Below are positions 51,201 through 60,600 of a stretch of DNA of 64,000 nt, piece by piece; positions within the stretch are counted from its first letter, which is position 1, and each line of letters opens with the position of its first letter. The notes under the pieces are model-generated. The model was not told where the DNA came from, searched no databases, and saw only the letters and a list, made by a program, of their open reading frames with translations. The translations under genes were made by a program, and so were the position numbers. This DNA is from Amoebophrya sp. A120. Lineage: Eukaryota > Protista > Dinoflagellata. The DNA lies in the NCBI GenBank assembly GCA_905178155.1, contig CAJINV010000014.1, forward strand, positions 902,116-966,115, given 5' to 3'.

Positions 51201-53719
51201 CTTTTTCGACACCGCGCGAATTGGTTTCTCCGGAATCAGGCACGCGGACCCGAAATCCGCGATTTTTAGCAGGCCGTCCTTGTGTAGCAGTAAATTTGAG
51301 GGCTTCAAATCCCTGTGCATCACCTTCCGATTCACGTGCAGCTCTTGCAGTCCATTCAACAGTTGGAACGTCAAGCGTTTCACTTGGGATTCGGACAGTT
51401 TGACACCTTCCGGGGTCCTTGTCGGGTGCATTGGTGGTGATGTACAAGTTATGCATTGCAAAAGTATCGCAGTAGTAGTATCAATCGCATCACAAAAGAA
51501 GCTCATCTCAGAAGAAACAATAGAATTTGCAAAAATGCTGACTTACGACCTAAGGCTAAGATCACAATTTTGCCATGCATAACTGCAAGATGAATTCAAG
51601 TACTCAGTAGGGGTAGTACAACGACACTTTATTTGCACAGGATACTACAACTCCCCAAGTTGCTGAAGATTTCCCCCGGCGCGTTCAGGACCTGGTAGAG
51701 ATCCATTTCGCAGAATTCGTACACGAGGTAGTAGCACGGCTGCTGCGGACTGCGGAAATGCGACAACATTTTCACGATATTGGGGTGCTGATTCATCTCT
51801 CCTTCCACGTGTTTCAGCATGGGATTCAAGTTGCTGCCGAAGATTATGGATTGTAAAAATGTCTGGGTCTGGAAGATTGCAACTTGTCATGCTAAATCCG
51901 AATCATGCGGAAATCTGTGTTGCATGAGTGCCAAAAGCTGTACCCTTTTGACCAAGTTGAGAGGGAGTTTCTCACGCAGGAAAGGCATGATAGAGACCTC
52001 AAAGAATCTGTCATGCTGGGTCTCGTATTCCAGACCTCATGGGTCATGGAAAAGCTGCATGACAAATCGCGCATTCTTCCAGACCCAGACATTTTTACAC
52101 TTGATAAAGATCTGGCTCGTGCAATCCAACACGTTGTGGATGAACATATCCTCCTCGTTATCATTTGCAAAAACGTCCCCACCCCGTAGTTGTAATGCAA
52201 TTCTGCATGCTGAAGATGTTTCTCATGCGGAGTTCCATGCGAAGCATTTTCTAGCTGTGTTTCGGAATTTGTCATGCTCCAATCAGCATGATGTGCTGGA
52301 TCTGTGATGCTCGTAAAGTAGCTAAATACGATTACACTACGAGACCAAATCTCTCATGCGCAACAGCCAAGCCCTGTGGATTTGTCTAGCAGATTGCCCA
52401 TCTTGACTATGGGGTGGGGACGTTTTTTTACACAGGATACTCATTGTTCCCACGACCAGTTGCACCACCCCCACCCAAGGGGCTGCACTGCGGTACCATG
52501 ATAGCGCCGGCGCCCAGGTACTCTTCCAGTGTCAGATTCAGATTTTCCAACTCCATCCGTGCGCCTTCATACACGACCTGCTGCGTTCTGGCGTTGAAGA
52601 AACTCGCGTCGGCGCTGGCGCCGCAGAAAAACTGCCGCTGCTCGTTGTCCGCGACGGCGAGCTGGCTTCTTCTGGATGAAGATGACGACAACTCCGGGTT
52701 GTAGTTCTTGGCACCAGAAGTACTATTTCTGTAAGACCCGCTGCCATTGTTTCGCGAGGAAGATGGGCTGCTGTTTTTTTCGCCCGACGGATTTTTATGC
52801 TGATCTCTGTGGTCACCAGAATGAAGACTCTCAGTTGTACTACTGGAGGAGCTCGAGTTCCGCTGGCTACCGCTTGTGCAATACAAATTTGCCGTACACA
52901 AAATAGACAAGCCTCCAACGCGTTTACAAGTAACAAACTCCGTCAACCTAAATAATTCGATATGGCTGCGAGAAGTTTCTTTTTGTCGTGCAGCGATTGC
53001 ATATGCATTTGTAGTTGTGCATGGTCGTGTACGGCAACAGATTTGCAGTGGATACCGTTTGCGGTGGTGCTCGAAGCTGTCGAACTGTCACCCGTCACGC
53101 CCGAAGATGATCCCACGACCCCGAATAGCAACTCGTCCGCGTTTGTTTGCGATTTCACCGCTGCGGGGTCGTAGAACTCTAGCTCACGGAGAATCGATTT
53201 CGTCCAGGCGTCCGTGGCTTCCAGCACAATTCGACCCGTCACTGGGCAGAGTATGAATGGCAAAAAATGATCTCGGTCTCGTCTCGTTCATGCGAAACTT
53301 GTAGTAGGTGTAGAGCCAGATCTACTGTGAAGATGCATTTTTGCCACCAGCTTTTTTGTCGTGCTCAAGTCAAAAAATGCGACCTTTTCATCAATCAGTA
53401 CGAATGGAGATGAACCTGCAACTGCACACAAATAAGCCCTCCCATGCTGCTACTTAGTTCTAGGCCGTACAATAAATAACGCTCTACTACTAGCATTGTG
53501 CAACAATCAGACCAGCAAGTCTTGCTGGTCTGATTGTTGCAATCGACCTTTCATCCAGACTGAGATCATTTTTTTGCATTTGATACACACGCGCCGCGCG
53601 CAATCCCGGTAGTACACTTCCTTGATGGCCACGTAATCCTGCGTGTCCTTCGTAACCGCCTTCGACACCGAGCCGAACCGGCCCTCGCTGATGTGACCGA
53701 CGTGCTCGTAACGATGCAT
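48241..53719 (-). CDS. CDK-family Ser/Thr kinase, CDK20/CCRK-like, with large insertions; 7 introner introns
   Basis: [65 protein letters not shown] and [15 protein letters not shown]. All 7 junctions are in frame. Confidence 0.88.
49471..49792. mobile_element. Introner, family D (TIR TATCGWAAGGAAAAATCCCCCCTCCCCATAT)
   Basis: Perfect ATATC DR; removal gives QFIDI|PAPP. Confidence 0.95.
50354..50620. mobile_element. Introner, family E-like
   Basis: TATGCAAGGAAAAAAGTG...CACTTTTTTCTTTGCATA; DR CTGCT/CCGCT. Confidence 0.88.
51450..51647. mobile_element. Introner, family F (degenerate)
   Basis: Left TIR TATGCATTGCAAAAGTATCG; DR CAAGT/CAACT; removal gives LGSC|TSPP. Confidence 0.7.
51845..52106. 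mobile_element. Introner, family A
   Basis: Perfect AAGAT DR. Confidence 0.95.
52159..52439. mobile_element. Introner, family B
   Basis: AAAAACGTCCCCACCCC...GGGGTGGGGACGTTTTT; DR CTCGT/CTCAT. Confidence 0.88.
52875..53054. mobile_element. Introner, family H-like
   Basis: TTGCCGTACAC/GTGTACGGCAA inverted pair; DR CCGCT/CCGTT. Confidence 0.8.
53252..53585. mobile_element. Introner, family A (degenerate)
   Basis: DR CAGAG/CACAC; removal gives RRVC|PVTG. Confidence 0.75.
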
Positions 53720-54611
53720 CTTGTTCACCAGGATATCGATTTCATTTCTAAGGAAAAAAAGTACAACATGTTCGTGCTTTAGAGTAGAGTTTTTCGCTTT
53801 TGGCACAAATTATACCCTGAAGCAAAAGTTGAGGGCGTGCTGCGACTATGGTTTTTAGTACACACAAGTTTCATAATCGCGAAAGCATCGCAACCATGAC
53901 GAACAGGACGCGCGCAACTACTTGCGTTCTTGTTTCTAATTCATATTCACCAGTAAAATTTATGCGTCGAGGACCACTATTTATCTACTCAGTATAACAA
54001 AACCAGTTAGCGAAACTCTGCACTAATGAGCCACTGCGTGGTCGAAGTCGTGTGAATACAAACTTCTTGCGAAGTATAGTTGTACTAATTTTCACTCAAG
54101 TTTCATATTGCCACTCAATTCCTGTCTGCAGGTTTTCGAGTTCCTTCCTTTGACATCAACACACACAACTTCCTTTGATATCAACTGTCTCCACGTCATC
54201 TTCGAGCAGCTGCGTCGCTCTATAATCTCGCTCACACTGTTGTTGAATCGGAACAACTTTTTCGCAACACAGGAGAATAGCATTGTGCAATCGATCTCTA
54301 GGCCTGGTTCGGACCTAGGAGATGAGCAGGAACGACGACGGGTGGAACGTGTAAATCTTTCGTACATTCTGATTTTCATCCTCGGAAAAGAAAACTTACT
54401 GTCTTGTAGCGTAGTTACTGTACTAGTGCTCTCATTATATGAACATGTCCGGAGATGTTGACAGTGGCAACAAATTGGCGCGGGAAAAAAGTCAAAGTCA
54501 CATGGTTTTTTCCTAGTTCCGCTGTTACAGTCCTTCTCCCGTGGACGCCCTTCAAACGACCGAGAGGTCGTGGTGGAACAAGCATATTTATTATACCAAA
54601 ATTAGTACAAT

Positions 54612-57600
54612 TCAGCTGCCCTGGCCCTGCAGCGAGTGTTTCACCTGAAACAAGAAGTCAATCTCGTGCTGTTTCAGCACTTGGTTCTGGTCAAACGCGG
54701 CCACCAGTGGCGCACATCGCTCGTTCGTGGATTTTTTGTACTGGAGCGCCGTTTCCTCGGCAGTCATGGCCTCGTCTCGCGTGTTTGTCAACTCCAACAC
54801 CGTCGCGTTGATTGCGTTGGACTCGGTCACGAGCGATACTTTCTGCTTCTCGATCGCAAATTTCTGGTTCGACAGTTGCTCCTTCTCCTTCCGGTAGTTC
54901 GTTTTCACGTCGTTCAGCCTGTCTAATCCGTCCGACACGCTCGCTTCCACTTCGGACAGCATGGTCTGCAGCAAGACCACAATGCTGCCCCCGGACTCGT
55001 GCTTCTCGTACGGATTTGCCTTCTCGGGTCGCTCCACCTTCGGCAACCCACTAGGGTACGTTTCGTTCCTCGCCGACAAGGAGGAAAGGGATTTTTGTAA
55101 GAACAGCACCGGAACGCTCATCCCGTAGAACCGCTGCAGTTGGTCGATGGCGGACTGAATCACCTGTAAATGCAGTTGTTTCCGTCTGGAAACCTGCAAA
55201 AATTGAAATGCACGCTTCCCCATGAGATACTACGCACTTCAATTTCAATTTCAATACCCCTCCAGGCATGACAAATCTTAATCTTTTGTGAAGGGTGCAC
55301 TTTCGCTTTTCGAAGTCCGCAATACAAGCTTGCATTATTCCAGAAGACCGAGACAAATTTGCAGGTGATAGATTGGATAAACTTGCTCGACTCTTGGTCG
55401 TCTTTGATTTTCGCCTTCACCGTTTCGATCTCCTCGACCTTCGCCTGCTCCAAGTTCGCAAATTCAAATATATCAATGCCAAACATGTAGTAGTCTGCGC
55501 ATCATGGAGGTGTAATGTTCGTCTCTTGAAACGAACTTCAGTAGCACAACTTAATACCCAAGCACGACAATGTTTTTGAAGGCGGGTACTGCATCATGCG
55601 TAAACAGTTTTGAGAAGTAGGAATCGCCCCCCTTGTCTTGCATGACACTACTAAGCCAACATACGGCACTCCTGACGCACTTCATGCATCACAGATTTTG
55701 GCTCGTCCATGCGAAATATTCATCTTCCACACGACCCAGACTGAAAAATATGTTTGCAGTTGATAGACCTCCAGCTCGTGCAACTCGACGTCTGCGTTCA
55801 GGATTTTCTCGGGGAAGGTGATCGCGACACCGGATTGCAAGTCCAATTCGCCCTGGACGGTGTCGTACTCATGACTCTTCTCGGTCAGTTGCAAACTGGC
55901 CTCCTGCTGCTCCTTCAGGCACTCGTCTTTCTGTTCCACTTCCTCCTGTTTTTCCTTTTTCATCTCCGCGATCCTTCCGTCGATTTTGTCCAAAATGAGA
56001 CTGGTTGCGGCGGCAAGCTCCGGCGACTGTTTTGACGTGATCAGTTGCTTCAATTGGACCATTGCCTTCATTATCAAATGTGAAAGTGTCTGGGTCTGGA
56101 AGATTGGAACTTGTCATGCTAAATCTGAATCATGTAAAAATCTGTGTTGCGTCATTACCAAAAGCTGTCCACTAATCGAGAGGCAGTGTCTCATGCAGAA
56201 TAGGCATGATAGAACTCTCACAGCATCTGTCATGCTATGTCCTACATGGCAGACCTCATGGGTCATGGAAAACCTGCATGACAAGGACAACGCTTGCATT
56301 CATCCAGACCCAGACATTTTTGCATTTGATATTCATCGTGTTGACTTTTCGCCGGATCACTTTGTTCAGGACGGATTTCGGGGACGTGAGCAGCTCCAGT
56401 TTAAAATTGTTGTTCTCTCGGCGGTTATGCTGAGGAACCGTCGGGCGAAAACTCCTTCCAGCGTTCTTCTCCTTCTGCTTCCTGTTTTTCATCTTCTCTT
56501 GCTCCATCATGGCGTCTATGTATTGCAAAAGTGTCTGGGTCTGGAAAGTTGGAACTTGTTATTGCAAGGAAAAATCCCCCCTCCGCATATCAAAACGGAA
56601 ATCTGTGATGCAGATTTGTTGTCACAAATCAGCTTTGTCATGCTACACGGGAAAAGATGCGGACTGTAGTGCTGGGTGGCGTGGGGGAGCCTTGCATCTT
56701 CAGCATGATAGGAGGCAGCTGAGAGTGGGAAACAGCATGACAAATTGCCTGCAAACGAGACCACGACTGCGGCTCTTGGCCTTCTAGTATGGCAAGTCGA
56801 TTTGGTGCCTCAAATTCTGCATCACAGATTTCCATTTCGATATGGGGAGGGGGGATTTTTCCGTTTGATACTTGTGATGCTACCTTTGGAACCCGGAACC
56901 TTTGGACTCTACATAAAATCTGTATTGCATGAAAAGCATAAGAGAGGCAATTTGTGCTACGCGGAGAGGGCTTTTCTCATGCGGTATGAGCATCGTGAAG
57001 CCCTCGCAGAGTCTCTGATGCTAGGGCATGCATCACAGACCTCATGGGTCATGGAAAATCTGCATGACAAACTTCTGCACTCTTCCAGACCCAGACATAT
57101 TTGCATTTGATAGCGTCCAACGAATTCGCGTCTTCGTCGTCCGAAAATTTCAAACTTTTCAACTTCAAAATCGGAGAAGCTAGGGACGACTTCTTGGCGG
57201 ATGCTTCTGTTCTTGAAGTACTAGTAGATCCACTAATAGGAGACGCCGCTCGCCCGCCTTTCGTTGTCGCTAAACCAGCCGCGCCCGCTTCCTCTACTGT
57301 TCCACTACCCGCCTTCGCCGCAGCCCGTGCTCGTCCACGACCAGCTGCATCCTCTTCAACCGGAACGGGAACGGAAGTACTAGCACCGGTTGTTCTTTGA
57401 AAAATTTTCCGCTTTTTATCCACAAGCTGGCTTGATGTTTTTCGCCGTTTGAACAACGATTCTCCAGCACGACGAGCTGCAGAAGCTTTGGTCATCTGCG
57501 ACGCTCTTGTCGAGGTCGCGGACCCGTCGTGCTTCGACGCAAACAGCGTGAACGCGCTGCTACTTCCTGTTGGTACAACGGTTGTAGTGTTGGTCCCGCT

Positions 57601-60600
57601 GCTCCCGCCCATTAACCGTTCCAAAGTGGCGTCCAACGCCGCAACTTCCTGCTCCCGTGCCGTGACCCGCGTGTCGTACTCTTCGCTCTGGAGTTGACAG
57701 GTCACCTCTAGCTCGTGCAACGTCTTCTTCGCCTCTTCCAACACATCGCCGGACTTTCCCAGCTGATTTTCCACCTGCAACAGCTGCAAACTGTTGGTCG
57801 ACAGTTCCTGCTTCTTCTGGGAAATAGAGTCGTCGGTGGCGGAGATTTCTTCCGTTTTCTTCTCCTTCAACGACGAAAATTCCGTTTTCTTGTGCGTCAA
57901 ATCGGCCCTGGTTTTTTCCAAGTCTTTGGTAAAAGTCTCCTGCATGGAGGACAGGATCCCGAACACCTTCTGGGTTCCGGCAGATTGGAATTCCGTGCGG
58001 GATGTCGGCGGCGCGGGGATCTGGTGGTCCTTCAAAATCTGCAGCAGTTGCGGCTTCATTGATAACGATGTTGGAGGACCGGCTTGATTTTGCATGATCT
58101 GCTCTTTGTCTTTACCTTGTGGAACAAGCGTGTTTGTAATTTTCGTGTCGGAAATAACGCCTGCTGGAATCGTTCTTACAGATGAAGTCGGAGAAGTTCC
58201 AAACAGAAACTGCTGCAGAACGTCGAACACCCTCGACAAGGTCAGACTGCGCACGTCACTCGCCGGTAAAACCACCCCCTCGTCGATGAAAGAAGAAGTT
58301 GTTGCACTCCCACTGTTATCAAATGTAAAACTGTCTGGGTCTGGAAACTTGTAATGCTGAGATGTGAGTAGTAAGTGCTCTGTAGTGCACAACCAAGCAT
58401 GAGAAATATTTGCGGGGCTACAGTGTTGCGCTTTTCGCATAACAAACTGCGTTTTTGCATGACAAGCAAAGGGGTCTCTTCTTGGACACGCATTACAGAC
58501 TTTTCAGTCATGCTAGACAAGCATGACAAACCTTGCATCCTTCCAGACCCAGACATTTTTGCAATCCATAACTGTGCTTTCCCAGAATCACCAAAGCGCC
58601 ATTTAGCGCGCCGATCGACTCGACGAGGTCCTTATCGAATGCAAATATGTCTGGGTCTGCGAGGTTGCATCAACTTGCGATGCTGTCTTTGGAAGGTAAA
58701 AAAAATCTGTATTGCATGACCAACAAGAGGAGTTCAGTTTGTGCTACGCGGAGTGTGCATAATTTCTCATGCGGAATACGCATCAGAAGGACCTTCAAAA
58801 ATCTGTGATGCTAGGACATGCATTTCAGGCATCATGGGTTATGCAAAATGTGCATGAAAAACCTGGCAATCTTCCAGATCCGGACATGTTTGCAATGCAT
58901 AGTCCTGCTCCAGCTCCTGCTTTTCCGCCAGTTCCTTCTCGCATCCTGTGCAAAAGTATCGCACTCGTACAAATGCAAGTCTTGCATTACAAATCTTGTT
59001 TCCAAGGCAAACCTGCGTTACAAATTCGATTTCTCATGCTGGGGAAATTTATAATGCATTTATACGAGTACGATACTTTTGCAATGCATATCTCGAAAAC
59101 CTCCACCAATTGCTTCAAGGAGGCTTGCATCTCCGCCGAATCCGCGGTCAAATTTTCGATGTCCATTTCCAAAGCCGCGATGGTCCCGGTGAGCCCAGCT
59201 TTTTCCTCTAACAATTTCTCCTTGTCGGAATTCTCGATCTGAAACTTGGCTTCGTTCTTCTCCGTTTCGCAGTAGTTCTGGAATTTCGCGAACCAGTCAG
59301 CGTCGTTATCCACGTCTTGCTCCACCTCCTGCCTGACTTTCTCCAGTAACGTGATGACCTTCGCGATCGGCTCGGCCGGCGGGTCTTGGACTGCGACTTG
59401 ACTCGCGGTTCCTTCCGTTTTCTTCTGGTAAACGAAAAATTGGTTCCTCTTTTGCAGCTGCCGCAAGAAGACTTCCTGTTCCGCAAGGGACGTAGTACCT
59501 TGTTGGAACAGAGATTTTTTTACCTTCCTTTTCATCTTCGGAGCGAGTCCCCGAGCACGGCTGGTAGAGGATGAAGTAGAAATGAATTCCTTGCCACTTT
59601 TGACCTTCTCCGTCACGACTTGAATTTGCCGTTTCCGCTCCCGTTCAAACTCGTCCGCGAGGTCGTCGTCGTGGAAATCGCTAGAAGTTGTAATAGCTCT
59701 CTGGTCTTTGCTTGTTTCGCTGGTTTGTTCCTTTATTTCCGCATGTTGCAACCTGTTCGACAAGCGGCCGTTCTTCGAATTACTATTTCCCGTCTGCACC
59801 AACGTCGCTGCTGTAGCACTATTGCTGCCCATCGTCGCCGCCTGGGAGCTGGCCAGTTGCAACGCGCTCTTCAAGGATTCCAGCAACTGATCCCGCTTCA
59901 ACTTCCGTGCCTCGTAGGACTCCGCCACGTTGCACATACGCGTGCTGTTGGTCAACTTGTTTTCCGCGGCCGTGACCTTCTGCGCCGCCCACGGCTCGTG
60001 GTGGTCTTCGTTGATCTTCAGCAAAGTTCCGCTCGCCCACATGGTTTCGTTCTTCAAAATAATCTCCTGCTGCATCGCCGTCTTGGTCGCCAGCTCGTTC
60101 GCGTGCAGTTCCCCGTAGTTTTTCAAGTCCAGTTGCAGCTGGTTTTCCGTGTTGGTCACCGTGTTGCTCATGTCGGTTTCCACCACTTCCAGCATGGCGA
60201 TCGCGTTCTGGATGGCGGAATTTTGCGCCAGTTCCGGGCGGTCCAGTTCCAAAAGCGCGGACTCCAGAATCGGGATCGCCTCCTGCGCCTCCGCCAACTG
60301 CTTCTCGTTCAAAATGTTGGACTCTACGAAAGTTTGGTTGTGCTTGTCCATGCTGGCCTGGACCTTCGCCAAATCCACTTTCTCGTCCTCGATGTCCTGC
60401 CACATCTCCGCCACCTCTCCGTGCAACTTCTGGTTCGTGGTCTGGTACCACTTCAGAATGCCCGCGGCGGAGTGCAGCGTTTGCGCGTCGGATTTCAGCA
60501 TCTGGTCGCACATCTGCTGTGCCTTCATGTCCTCGATGTTCTCCTGTTTCAGTTTCAAGATGAGGTTTTTCACCAAGTTCACGACTTTCAGCATGGAAGT

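Noticed and set aside
44638-53719. Functional cluster of adjacent CCDC24-like and CDK20-like genes
   Set aside because: Adjacency alone is not evidence, and the CCDC24 call is tentative.
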